Assembly (NCBI GenBank): GCA_951406725.2
Contig: OX597832.1
Location: forward strand, 6,820,001 to 6,884,000
Reading direction: 5' to 3'
Source of the DNA: Octopus vulgaris
Taxonomy: Eukaryota
DNA length: 64,000 nucleotides
How positions within the stretch are numbered: the first letter of the stretch is position 1; every line of letters starts with the position of its first letter. Position numbers and translations under genes: made by a program. The notes under the pieces are model-generated. The model saw only the letters and a program-made list of their open reading frames with translations, was not told the origin of the DNA and made no database searches. Below, in pieces: positions 45,037 through 58,739 of this stretch.

Positions 45037-45167
45037 GGAGGCACAATGACCCAGTGGTTAGGGCAGCGGTCACATGGTCGGAGGGTCGCAGTTTTGATTC
45101 CCATAGAAACCGGGAAACCAGGCCCATGAGCTTTGCTAGGCTTGAAAAGTGCAACGTTTTTTTTTTT
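45037..45167 (+). mobile_element. Internally deleted SINE family C copy with 12-bp TSD
   Basis: TSD ATCCTCTCTTAT at 45025-45036 and 45168-45179; head joined directly to tail relative to 27379-27690. Confidence 0.85.
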
Positions 45168-47311
45168 ATCCTCTCTTATAGAAATAAATCTAAAACATCA
45201 GTTTTCTGACATTTTCCAATTATCTCTATTAAAATCATCTCAACATTTATTCAATATGTAAGATATCACATATCTACTCAGCGATATTATTCCTCCACAC
45301 CAAAGTGACTTCAGCTAAAAGAAATGCTATGAAGAGTGCTTACTAACATTCTGTGTTGAGGGATTAAAAGGCATCAACATTACAAATTGTTTTAGGTCCA
45401 TCAAGATGCCCATTCTAATACCACCATCTGGTTTGTGGATACCTTTAGCAGAGTTTACCATGTTGCAAGCACTTTCACTAGGCTTTTGGTTTGAAAATAA
45501 CATGGTGTCTTCACGCATATCTCCCAACTGCATTTTCCTTTGTTTTGCCAGTCTGCTAAAAATAGTAAACAAATCTCCCACAAATCATGCTTACTATGTT
45601 GAAAAAGGAAAGAACATTGGATAATGTAGTTCCAAATACTCCTCAGAAAGCAGATGGTTGTGGCTGAAATGCTTTTTATCATAGATTTGCTCGAAATTCA
45701 TCCAAGGTAAACAACATATGAACTACAAATTCTATTCTACACTTGAAACATAAATTTCTCATCCCTTATTTCTGACTCATTTTTGATCTCTAAATAACAC
45801 TGTAAACTTTGCTCCATATTTTATGCTTTCAGGATCCACTCTCTCTTAACCTCTCTCAGTAATACAACTTCAAGTTATACTTCCCAATTTCTTAAAATTC
45901 ATCTGTTGTCTCTACTTATCTTCCAACTCCTCTGTTTGCCATCAACTATTTAACTAGTTCACTTCCTGATGATATCTATCTAATCTTATCTCGCTCTTGC
46001 CTCCAAACATCAACATACACTTCCTCCTGGCTGTTACGCACCTCTCATATTGAGGACAAAGCGTGTTTTTACCATCCAACATTTGCACAAGTTAGCATCC
46101 AGGTCTATTCTTATCCATTTCCCTGGCAGATACAATGATACAGGGTGTTTGGGCTAAATTTGATGATTTTTTTAATGTTTTGTTTTTTCAAGAACTCTCT
46201 CTATCCGCTCAGTCGAAGTCGACTCTCAGTCACTTGTTGAATCAGTGTCCTCCAGTCAGTTCTATCCTGGGCCGCTTCTTTCAGATTGGCTATGTCCATT
46301 CCGGTATCACTCTTGATGGTGTCAAGCTAGCAGGTTCTTGGTCGGCCTCTTCCTCTCTTGCCACTGACCATTCCGAGCATGATGTCCTTCTCCAGGGATT
46401 TTCAAGAACAGCTCAATTATATTGGTGAACAGTTAAGAGTGTTGGAGAGCATAAAGATTAAAGTTAGTTGACGTGGGAGACTGGAAGCCATTTGAATATT
46501 AGATAAAAGTTACTTGTATCATGATGATTCACACCAGGCATCAAAATGCCAAAATGACTGCTACTCAATGCTTTGTGCACACTGTAATGGCTGTAAGACA
46601 GACATGGACAGCTGCAACAGAGACTACAAAGCCATGGCCAGCAAGAAGGAACACAGCTGGTGTTCTGACTGAGTCCACATGCTGGAATTCATCCCAACAT
46701 CTTTGAACAGCGCCTTAGGCTCAATTCAAATGACTATGTAAAGCTGCTGGAGACTGTGGTCAATCTTTGGCTGGAGAAGGTGGCTGCTGGAAGGCCATAA
46801 TTTTTGCTCTTATTTTACTCAGATGGACCCTCCCAGCCATTCAATGTTTAAAAAAATCCAGTTATATTTATATAATTAAATATTATTAGGAATTGTATAA
46901 AAAGTATTTTGTGTACAGCAAGAAAGATAACCAATTTATTGCAGATAAATTTTAACAACTAAATCTTATATGGATCCCCAAGGGCCATATGGACCCAGGT
47001 TGAGAACCACTGAACTAAACCCTTCAAAGTGGTGCCCCAGTGAAAGTAAAAGGTAAAAGATAAAAGATGCTATATTTATCTTTGCTCAAGCTGTTGTAAG
47101 GCAACACATCCTCCCAAAATCTCCTTAGGCCATAGGTACACAAAAATGTTTCAATCTGGTGATACTTATCTTTATTCTAGGTATGGTTGACCGCTAGCTT
47201 CTCAGGGAAAGGCTTCCCACCCTTTGGCCAGTTATACTTTTAATTCAGCTATGTACCCATGTAAAATCCTCACCCAGTTAATTTACAGTGTACTCAATGA
47301 CCAACATGCAT

Positions 47312-47635
47312 GAAGGTGCATGGCTCAGTGGTTAGAGTGCCGGACTCACAATCATGAAGTAGTGAGTTTGATTGCCAGACCAGGCTGTGTGTTGTGCTCT
47401 TGAGCAAAACACTTTATTTCATGTTGCTTCAGTTCACTCTGCAACAGAAATGAATTGTGACACCACTGGTGTCAAGCTGTATCAGCTTTTGCCTTTCCCT
47501 TGGGCAACATTGGTGGTGTGGAGAGGAGAGGCTGGGATGGATGGGAAACTGCTTATCTTCCATTAAACAACCTTACCTGGACTTGTGCTTTGGAAGGAAA
47601 CTTTCCGGGTGCAATCGCATGGTCATCCATGACTA
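47312..47635 (+). mobile_element. tRNA-derived SINE family D
   Basis: TGGCTCAGTGG A box, GTTTGATTGC B-box-like motif, CORE-like GTGTTGTGCTCTTGAGCAAAACACTT. Confidence 0.7.
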
Positions 47636-48833
47636 ACATACAAGACAAGCAAATTTCATCTGATCCACAATCATACCACACAATCTTGTCATACAATGCT
47701 TAGCTGAATCAGATGCAACACAGCTTTCAGAGCATTGCTATCAAGCAGATGTGTTGACTGAGTATCTAACATGGTCTCAAGTGATTGATGGCTTTATTTA
47801 GACCTTTAATCGCATCTAAATGATTTCTGAGTAACTAGGATGAAAACAAGATTGATTTTCTTTTCTGTTTTTGAAATTGTTTACATTTAATATCATTATT
47901 GATTTCTTACTTAGATACATGACCAGATTTCTGCAGGGGGAGTGGGAATAATTACTTGAATGAATCTCATTGTATCACATTACTTATTTTATTGAATCTG
48001 ATAATATGGAAGCAAATCTTTCCTTAGATCTCATTTTGATTGATTTTTAGAATTTATAGGAATGAAACTTAATACTGACACTGCACTGTGTCTACAACCT
48101 GCAGCTATTAGTGTCTTCCTAGTGGCTTATTACATTAGCACAAGGCCATAAATTTTCAGAGGTGGGGTTAAGTCATTTGAACCAACCAAAGTACATTTAT
48201 GCATAGAAATAAATGACAAAGTCAACAACAGCAGGTTTTGGACTCCTGGACATAGAAGAAGATAAAAAACACAAGTGCCTGATTTATTACTATCATTTCT
48301 GTCATTTGACCATTTTTCTGTTGTTGCTTTTTATAATAAATAATAGGGTAACAAGTTGGAATAATTTAGTTTCATCCTTCAATTGAAATTGTGAAAATAC
48401 AAAATGAAGTATTAGTAATATACTGAATTATTATGTTGAACTGAATTTGATTGACTATATGATGTTCAGTATACTGAATGGTATCACTTGAAAGTTTTGT
48501 AGAAGAGCCACAGCTTCTTCAAAAAATGAGCTTTGTATCAACTCTAAAAAGACCAATATGAAAGAGAATCAGGTTTTAAAGTTTCAGAGACAAATAAGTT
48601 TTTGTTTTAGTTTTGATATGGCAAAAGAGAATTAAATTTCTTTTCTTTAAAGGTCATTTCTTTATTACTATATCCTGCTGCTGCACCATGAGGAATTGAA
48701 ACCCAAATGTATTTGACTGTTATTTTTATCTATCTTGTGTTTCACTTAAATTAGCATCTAAACAGTCAAGTCTTCTTTTGTGTGTGAAATGTCAAATCTT
48801 ACATCAGAGCAATAACTATAATTAAGTACAAAT

Positions 48834-49066
48834 AAGGCGATGAGCTAGCAGAACCATTAGCACGCCAGGCGAAATGCGTAGCCATATTTTGTCTGCTGTT
48901 ACATTGTGAGTTCAAATTCCACCGAGGTCGACTTTGCTTTTCATCCTTTCGGGGTCGATAAATTAAGTACCAGTTACACACTGGGATCAATGTAATTGAC
49001 TTAATCCCTTTGTCTGTCCTTGTTTGTCCCCTCTATGTTTAGCCCCTTGTGGGCAATAAAGAAATA
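48834..49066 (+). mobile_element. SINE family B with 17-bp TSD
   Basis: TATAATTAAGTACAAAT at 48817-48833 and 49067-49083. Confidence 0.92.
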
Positions 49067-49354
49067 TATAATTAAGTACAAATGAAAACAAAAAAAGAAA
49101 AATCAGTTACATTGATATATCTAACTTTATGACGAGCAAATCACTTCAGCCATACATTAAACTTGAATTAAGTTTTTAGCATTTCAATTGGCCATATGTA
49201 ACCCAAATATTCTACTTGTTTTATGTTCAAACCAGCCAGATCCTCACATTTGAGAAACCCAAATGACTGAAAGACACTGCAGCAGACTGTAAAATCAGTT
49301 CAAGATTCTGTGCTTTCATTGCTGCAGTGTTTTTAGTTGGGTTATGGAAAAAAT

Positions 49355-49517
49355 GCAGCAGGAGTGGCTGTGTGGTAAGTAGCTTGCTTACCAACCACAC
49401 GGTTCCAGGTTCAGTCCCACTGCGTGGCACCTTGGGCAAGTGTCTTCTACTATAGCCTCGGGCCGACCAAAGCCTTGCGAGTGGATTTGGTAGACGGAAA
49501 CTGAAAGAAGCCCGTTG

Positions 49518-49548
<31 letters not shown>

Positions 49549-49762
49549 ATTTGTGTGTCTGTGTTTGTCCCCCCCAACATCGCTTGACAACCGATGCTGG
49601 TGTGTTTACATCCCTGTTACTTAGCGGTTCGGCAAAAGAGACCGATAGAATAAGTACTAGGCTTACAAAGAATAAGTCCTGGGGTCAATTTGCTAGACTA
49701 AAAAGGCGGTGCTCCAGCATGGCCGCAGTCAAATGACTGAAACAAGTAAAAGAGTAAAAGAG
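49355..49762 (+). mobile_element. SINE family A, full length
   Basis: Matches the family A consensus; further copies at 51859-52266, 55898-56300 and 56413-56700. Confidence 0.9.
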
Positions 49763-52546
49763 AGTGATTCAAAGCTCTTGAAGAAGAGCTCAAGAAGAGG
49801 AATAAGCTGATTCTTCTTTTGGAGGATGCCATAACAGGTTGTTGGTCCTCTACAGAATAGTTAGATGATGGGGCTACCATCTTGGTCACCATTAGTCTGG
49901 AATTTCCCTGGGAGAACATCCTGCCTAAGGTGACCCTACCAGGAGAAATGCTCCAGATGATAATGATCTCTCAGATCTATGGAACATGTAAGACCTTTCA
50001 CCTCAACAAGGCCAGACCTAGGACGGGTATAAGTTGATTCAGCTCTTGTAATTTCAAATTTAAATCATTGACTAAAAATACTGAAGCATTTAATCCTTTT
50101 TGACTTTCTAATTCTATAACTGGAATAGTTTAATTTCATCTTGTTCTGCTTCAAGGGCATTCAAAATTTCTTAAAATTCTGTTGTTTAATCCATTAGGGT
50201 GATAATACATTTTGGTATCACTTTCATCCCATCATTCATTATTAGAGAATGTGTGCATAAATTTTGTTGATGACTACAACTATAACACTAAGCTATTAGA
50301 GTCACTGTTGAAGGTTCTCCAATTCTTTCACAATTAAAGTAAAAAAAAAGTTTTTTGGAACTTCACTATAGATAGTATATCATCCCTAATTATGGCACTA
50401 AGTTTTTGATATGGGTAACTGAAATCACTTATTGTTGATTAGATATTAGAAAAAAAAAAGATTTTTGCCTCTGGCAGTTCCATGCAACAACTTTAAAGTA
50501 AGTTTTTTACTATAAAAGATGTTATTTCATGTGGAAATATAGCCAACTGTGTTGCATTTACTATATGTTGCTTTTTACTTGTTTCAGTCATTAGAGTGAC
50601 CTTGCTGAGGCAGTCTTGAAAAGTTTAGTAGAACAAATTGACTCCAGCACTTATTTTTAAAGCTTGGTACTTATTCCGTTGGTCTATTTTGCTCAACAAC
50701 TAAATTACAGGGCTGCAAACAAACCAACACCAGTTGTCAAATGATGACGGGAGACAAACACACATACATATATATGTATATAAATATATACACACACATA
50801 ATGTGTTTCCAAACAGTTTCTGTTTACCAAGTTCTTTTACAAGGCACCACTAGTTGGTCTAGGGCTAAGGTGCAGCGAAGTGGGACTGAACCTGAAACTA
50901 CATGGTTGCAAAGTAAGCTTCTTAACCACACAGATATGCTTGTGCTTATATATATATAATCTCATCTACAACCATTGAATAAAACACTAATTCTGATTTT
51001 TCTTGTTTCAATAACAATATTGAAATTGTCCACTATGATAAAATTCTCAAGCAACCTGATAATTTCCTGAGCCCTGATAAAACATTCTTGAACAATGTTT
51101 TTTCAGAAATGATCATCCATGATAAAAAAAAAAACTTCAAACAATTTGACTGTTTCTTGAGTTTAGATTCAGATGACAGTAGCTATACGGTCTTTCACAC
51201 ACTCAACTTTGATAAGCTGGTTCACTTTCTTTACAATTTGCTCCCACACATCCTAACTTGCTTGAATTACAGAAATATTTTATTAATGTCTTTTGAAAGA
51301 TGACTGCTGTTTGTATAAAGATTCTTTTAACAATACTAGCTTATATAACAGCAATGCCCTTCAGATTTTCCTGTGCTTTATGTTTGATCAAACAGTGGTG
51401 TTCTATATTTTAGCTTTTAGAAACTTCAACCAAATCTTTTTTTAAATAAGACACTTTTTATGTATATATATATATGCAAAAAAAAAAATCCCGTTTTACA
51501 CTGAATATAGCTGGCAATTTGTTTGCTTTTATTAGTAGAAGCCATTACAGAAAAGAGTTATTTCTATGCACTTAATATTGATTTTAAATCTTTTTAAAAA
51601 TAGGCAAATGAACCGTAAATGTTGCCTGTATTCAAAATTATAGTATTAAATTTGTAATGATGCACTGGTATGCTATCATAAATAGTGCCTCTTTAAAAAA
51701 AAATTTGGATATTTGCATATGATTTATAGAACAATTTATTTTTAACATTTGGATACTGATTTTCTTGCTAATGACTCACTAATAAAGTGGAAATTACACT
51801 TATTTCAGAACAATGCACTTTGCCAAGTGACATAAAACCATGGCATAGCATTCATATAGGCGCAGGAGTGGCTGTGTGGTAAGTAGCTTGTTTACCAACC
51901 ACATGGTTCTGGGTTCAGTCCCACAGCGTGGAACCTTGGGCAAGTGTCTTCTACTATAGCCTCAGGCAGACCAAAGCCTTGTGAGTGGATTTGGTAGACG
52001 GAAACTGAAAGAAGCCCGTCGTATATATATATATATATATATATATAAGCGTGTGTGTGTGTTTGTGTGTCTGTGTTTGTCCCCCTAGCATTGCTTGACA
52101 ACCGATGCTGGTGTGTTTATGTCCCTGTTACTTAGCGGTTCGGCAAAAGAGGCCGATAGAATAAGTACTGGGCTTACGAAAGAATAAGTCCCGGGGTCGA
52201 GTTGCTCGATTAAAGGCGGTGCTCCAGCATGGCCGCAGTCAAATGACTGAAACAAGTAAAAGAGTAATAGCATCTTCATGCTTACTTTTTCTATTCTGGC
52301 TTGAGTTGGATGAGACTGAGACAGTATTCTGCTGTTGAGTGTTCTTCCCATCACCGACTCTGTATTGTTTCTCAAGAAAGATAATATATTGGTACAGGTG
52401 TGGCTGTGTGGTAAGAAGCTTGTTTCTCAATGACATGTTTCTGGGTTTGGTCCCACTGTGTGACACCTTAGCTAAGTGTCTTCTACTATAGCCTATGGCT
52501 GACCAAAACCTTGTAAATGAGATTTGGTAGACAGAAACTGAAGGAA

Positions 52547-52767
52547 CTGGCAGAAACATTAGCATGCTGGACGAAATGCTTAGCAGTATTTTGTCTGCCG
52601 CTACGTTCTGAGTTCAAATTCTGCCAAGGTCGACTTTACCTTTCATCCTTTCAGGGTCGATTAAATAAGTACCAGTTAGCACTGGGGTCGATATAATCAA
52701 CTTAATCCATTTGACTGTCCTTCTTTGTCCCCTCTGTGTGTAGCCCCTTGTGGGCAGTAAAGAAATA
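52547..52767 (+). mobile_element. SINE family B nested in a family A copy (about 52395-53000)
   Basis: 14-bp TSD AGAAACTGAAGGAA at 52533-52546 and 52768-52781. Confidence 0.9.
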
Positions 52768-52787
52768 AGAAACTGAAGGAAGCTTGT

Positions 52788-52844
<57 letters not shown>

Positions 52845-55800
52845 ATGTGTGTTTATATCCCTGTAACTTAGCAGTTTGGCAAAACAGATCAACAGTACCA
52901 GGCTTTAAAAAATAAATACTGGGGTTGATTCAATTGACTAAAAATTCTTCATGGTAGTGCCCCAGCATGGCCACAGTCCAATGACTAAAATAAATAAAAG
53001 ATAATACAGAAAACAGAAAAAAAATAATTCCAAGACCAAAGAATGCTGTGAGTGGTGAGCACCAATGGAAGGAGGGGGGGCTGTTAAGATTTGCTAGGGT
53101 TCCATTTTTGCCATGATGGACAAGTTTTCTCAAGCACAGCAAATCAGCAATCATTTCGGTCCCTTTAAATTTCCTTTGTGAGGCTCAATATCTAGAAGCC
53201 ATTCTTCACTACTTCAGCTGTCTTCCTGAGTCTCCCTCTTTGACAGGAAAACTGATAAACCACTAATCCCTCAAGGAAAATGGTCTTGCTCAATATATAG
53301 AAAAGGTGTAGATAGAAATCCCATACCCAGTGTTCAAACAGTGGACATGTAAGAGATGCAATAGAATCATAGGAAGGTTGAGACTTTGTGTGTGGCAGAT
53401 ATGTAGGAGCAATAAACTCTAAGAAGACACAGGAAATAGTTTTTTCTGAATGCCCAGGAGGATCCATAGAGAAAGTAGATAGTACCTGTAAGCTAAATTT
53501 CTCCCCTACCACTCATCTTTCAAACACCCACTCCTCCTACAATTTCTCTCCCTAACCTCTCCTTCCATCATGTTTAGCACTCACTGCATTCCCTTCTATT
53601 CTCCACCTCTATCCATCTGCCACTGTTTCGTACTCTCACAAACTTCTTACCTATCCACTCACTCTGTCCAATTTTCTATACAGCTTCTCTTATAGTCACC
53701 TCCCTGCAACTTGAGAGGACATCTCTTTCTTTGTCAGCTGGGGTAACTAAGTAATCTTCCTCTACAGCAAGACACCTTTTTCAATCCCTCTATTGTACCT
53801 TAATCTCTTGTCACCAGGGCATCCAGCTGTGGAAACCATACAAAAGCAGATATTGGAACTTGGTGCAGTCCTCTGGCTTGTCAACTCTTATCAAACTGTC
53901 CAACCCACGCCAGCATGGACAATGGACATTAAATGATGGACAATGGATGTTAAATGATGATGATGGTGTGTTTGTATATATATATATATATGCACACACA
54001 CATCATCATTTAACATCCATTGTCCATGCTGGCAAGCTGCACTGGACTCCAGTCTGATTTGGCATGGTTTCTATAGTTAGATGCTTTTCTTAACGCCAAC
54101 TACTTTACAGAATGTACTGGGTCCTTTTACATGGCACCACCATGAGTGCTTTGCACCACCAGAGGGACTGGTCTTAATACTTCTGCTGCAGAGTATGAGT
54201 CTTCTTGAATACAGAAAGGCACCAGGCACCTTGATCCTTATACACATATACAGAGTTGAGTGTAAGTCCGTTAATCATTAATCAATGAAGTTAACATTTT
54301 CATTAATGATTTAACTTTTAAGTTAAGTTTGAAAATCATTATTGGATTAATTAACTTCTGTTACATTTAGCTTCCATTAGTTCAAGTCTCTTAACCCCAA
54401 AATTTCATAAAAACTGGTAAATATTTAAAAGTCTCTATTGTTTTCAGATTATTTTAGCATATTTAATATTATATGCATCATTCTTTCAACCCCGAAATAA
54501 TGCCACTTGTCATAATAAATGACTGGTAGGACCTCGTTTAGCCTTGCCTGGATCTGAAACCAAATTCATTGGCTTGTTCCTTGCAAAGGCAACGGGAAAT
54601 TTCTTTGTTCTATCAAGAGGGAACACTCTCCACCACCCTTCCCACCTTTCTTTTCTGGAAAAAATTATTCCATACTTAGTATGAAATATTTACCCAAAGA
54701 ATAAAATTTTGTAGCAATTATAACATTATTTTAATTAATTCAAATTAATGTAACTCATCTTGAAAAGTGGAAAAATTTTTGTTGGTTGCCATCTGGGATA
54801 ATTTTAGTAACAAATTAGATAAGATGCATTAAGAATTTTCAATTTTAGTGTTTATCCATAATGTTATTGCTTTTACACATGTTAATTAAATTTACCTACC
54901 CATAAAAGCCAAATTTACTCAGCAAGATCAGCTAAAATTACATAACTATAAACTAGTGGTACATAAAGTACCCACTGACAAAATTTCAAATTTGTATGTA
55001 AAAGCTTTACAAAGCTACAAGCAAATATTGTGGCCATCCCTCTTGAACCTGAATGATTCAAAATAACATGAACAAATAAGCATTACATTTGACAGATTAA
55101 TATGAACACTAAAGATGTTTTTAGGGGTTTTTTTTCTTACTCACACACATAACATGGCCTCACTCGGTTGGGATTATATGTGTGTTACTTTGATATCCTC
55201 ATTCCATAAAATTTGTTTATGGGAAGAAAAATATTGAAAAATATCAATAGATATGTGAGTGAGAAAGAAACAAGGAGGGAGGTTTTGGGATGTGCTAGAA
55301 ACAACAGCCAGATTTCCCTTAAATCACACATTTTCCTCTGAAATTATTAACAATTTTCTTTTAAACCAAAAATGTTTCTCTCATGAGTTTTCAGTGTGTA
55401 GTGAAAAAGAAAAAGGCCAAAATTGTTTCGGATTGGAGCAGTGAAGGGGTGGCAGGAGTGCAAAAAAATAAATTTTCAAAATCTTTAATCTTTTTTTTTT
55501 GTGAAAGATGCTCCCCATCAAACTGAAGACTTTTGTGAAAAAAATTGGAAAACATCCCTGTCAAAACGGAGAAATTCCAACTTGCGTGGGCTGTCTGATC
55601 TGAAACTCCATTTTCCAGAAACTTCCCACCCACTTCCAAAAATTATACCTATAAATCTACACCGAAAATGTCAGGTCATGTGAATTTTCCAAAACGCTTC
55701 TCCTCAACCCCTCAAAAATTTTTCCAACAAATCTTCACATACACTCAATCTACAGGATATAAGTGATTATTTGGTAAAAGTTTCATTAAAATGTATCCAT

Positions 55801-56368
55801 TTTTCTGGAAGTTATGAGGTAACAAAGTCGGTGGGGTAGTTAATGGATTAACGTTAACTTCTGCTACATTTTCAAAAAATTAATGAACTAATGAATAGGC
55901 GCAGGAGTGGCTGTGTGGTAAGTAGCTTGCTAACCAACCACATGGTTCTGGGTTCAGTTCCACTGCGTGGCATCTTGGGCAAGTGTCTTCTACTATAGCC
56001 CCGGGCCGACCAATGCCTTGTGAGTGGATTTGGTAGACGGAGACTGAAAGAAGCCTGTCGTATATATGTATATATATATATATGTGTGTGTGTGTTTGTT
56101 TGTTTGTCCCCCTAGCATTGCTTGACAACCAATGCTGGTGTATTTATGTCCCCCGTTACTTAGCAGTTCGGCAAAAGAGACCGATAGAATAAGTACTGGG
56201 CTTACGAAAGAATAGGTCCCGGGGTCGATTTGCTCAACTTAAGGCGGTGCTCCAGCATGGCCACAGTCAAATGACTGAAACAAGTAAAAGAGTAAAGAGT
56301 AATGATTAATGAAGTTAACTTTTCAATTAACAGTGCCCAACTCTGCATATATATATATATATATATAT

Positions 56369-56414
<46 letters not shown>

Positions 56415-56577
56415 GCGCAGGAGTGGCCGTGTGGTAAGTAGATTGCTTACCAACCACATAGTTCCGGGGCTTATTTGCACTGCATGACACCTTGGGAAAG
56501 TGTCTTCTACTATAGCCCCGGGCCGACCAAAGCCTTGTGAGTGGATTTGGTAGATGGAAACTGAAAGAAGCCCGTTG

Positions 56578-56616
<39 letters not shown>

Positions 56617-56706
56617 ATATGTTTGCGTGTCTCTCAACTAAAGGTGGTGCTCCAGCATGGCTGCAGTCAAATGACTGAAACAAGCAAAAGAGTAAAGAGT
56701 ATATAC

Positions 56707-56738
<32 letters not shown>

Positions 56739-57013
56739 TTGTGTGTGCATGTGTGTGTTTATATCTCCTTGTCTTAACATCACATTATATTATAAAAGAG
56801 GGTCATAGTCATTTAAATGATATCATTTGTTTCCAATCTTAAACAAAAAGATATCCAGCCATAGGGAAATATTATTTTGCTTAGAAACAGACATGGCCTG
56901 GTGACAAGAAAGGCATGAGTGTAGAAAATCTGCCTCAATGAATTCTGTTTCACCCAAGCAGACATGGAAAAGTGTACATTAAAACAATGATGAAATAAAA
57001 AGCAACATTTCAG

Positions 57014-57019
57014 TTTATT
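57014..57019 (-). promoter_or_regulatory. Candidate polyadenylation signal AATAAA for the PIN-domain gene
   Basis: AATAAA on the minus strand about 53 nt after the stop codon; the hexamer is common in AT-rich DNA. Confidence 0.35.
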
Positions 57020-57071
57020 ATAACCATACAAAAATATAAAATATACAAAATACATTTCTCTGTAGAAGAAC

Positions 57072-57251
57072 CTAATTCTGTGATAACTGAAAAAGGGAGT
57101 TATATGACTCTTTTGTAAAATGATGTGGATCAACAATTTGCATGTGCCTCTTGGAATTTTCAAACTGGTGACTAACTTCATAAAATCCTTTGTCTCCAGA
57201 CAATATTGTGAATTTGATGTGCTCAGGTAAACGTTCATCCATCTTTCCAAC
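57072..57251 (-). CDS. ZNF451: Last coding exon of ZNF451-like PIN-domain protein (VGKMDERLPEHIKFTILSGDKGFYEVSHQFENSKRHMQIVDPHHFTKESYNSLFQLSQN*)
   Basis: taacag acceptor, phase 0, TAG at 57074-57072. Matches ZNF451 AGRLDEQLPKQIPFTILSGDQGFLELENQFKKTQRPAHILNPHH as recalled. Different frame from the ORF-track entry 56813..57250. Confidence 0.87.
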   Translation of the reverse strand, partial: VGKMDERLPEHIKFTILSGDKGFYEVSHQFENSKRHMQIVDPHHFTKESYNSLFQLSQN

Positions 57252-58739
57252 CTGTTAATTAGATTGAGTTATAGTAATAGTATTACTTAGTGTTAAATAA
57301 TGATTAGTAGCACATTGGTTATATAATTATAGAAATTTTGAAAGAGGGATATAACTGAATGTTTATATCATCAATTTTATAAGGATGAAAGTAAGCTATA
57401 GAAGGATTTGAATGATGAGCATATTAAGCATGGAACTAGAAAACTCTCTGATGTTCTAGTTTTACCATTCTGGTTAATCTGTTAATAATAATAAAAATAA
57501 ATAAATTCCCAAGAAAAAATTGTTAACAGAATAACAATATTAAAACTAGTGGTTTGCTGTGCTTGAGAAAACACATCAAGTTAAGTAAATATGCAGTTGT
57601 CTTTGCATACAGGCATATCCTCTGGATCCCTCTTCAACTGAGTGTTCCTAATCTTGCAGGCTTGTGGATGCCCATGCCACATAAAAAGCACCCGTGTCAG
57701 TGCCATGTAAAAGCACACATGCTGGTGTTGCATAAAAGCACCCGGTACACTCTGTAAAGTGGTAGGCATTAGGAAGGGCATCCAGCCATAGAAGCCATGT
57801 CAAAACAGACATGGAGCCCAAGTAGTTCTCTACCTCTTGCCAATCTGTCCAACCTATGCCAGCATGGAAAACAGACATATAGTGATGATTTCGATAAAAC
57901 TTCTACTCATCACAGGTACTTAAGTATGTTGACATACCTGTAATTGAAAATATTAACTGGAGCACCAAAAATATCTTAAGCTAGCTTGCAAAAAATTGAA
58001 CATCTGTAGTCAAATGTGAAATGGACACAGTAGAACAACACTTGGATGTCAGGATTTAAAACCTGTTGTCAATAGAAACCCTACCATTTTCCCCACCCCA
58101 TCCCACCCCACTTCCTTGCTATTGCTTTCAATAATCAATAGAATTACACTGTTGATGACAAAATACAGGAAATCCCAAATGATACAGTCAAGTATGCTGG
58201 CAGAGCTGAAGCACTAAGTGAACCATTCCAGCCATTGACTGAACTTGTGCACCAGCATCAGGGAATGTAACAGTATAAAGAAAGAGTTGCCTTCAACAGT
58301 GCTGAAAGAGAATGTTTGCATTGAAATGATATTTCAAAAACCACTGAGGTAATTGAAATTATTTACATTTCTGCAGTAGAAATGTAAATAATTTTTTTTT
58401 CCTACAGAAAACCAAAAAGAAGTGCAGCAGTGAACAATTGGCATAGAAACAAGACTTTATAGACAGATTGAAGCCCACAAAAAGAACTTTCCATAATTAG
58501 TGAGCTAAAAAAAAAGGTTCTCCATAATGAATACAAAAGCACACAAAATTTGGAAAGCACATAAAAATAGTCAAGAATGGTAAAAACCAACACAGCAGAT
58601 GAAGGTGAAGGATTCAGAAAGTGAATAAATTGCTACTTCTGAAAAAAAGAAAAAAAAACGGATACAAAACAATGCATGAAGAATAGCAGAATAATAAAAA
58701 CAAATAAAAACAAAAGATTAAATTAATTTTTTTAGTTAA

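Noticed and set aside
51195-51255. Exon-like DVWEQIVKKVNQLIKVECVKD on the minus strand
   Set aside because: Weak splice sites, no partner exons and no recognised family.
56813-57250. 145-aa ORF as the true protein
   Set aside because: The PIN homology and the upstream exon phase support a different frame.
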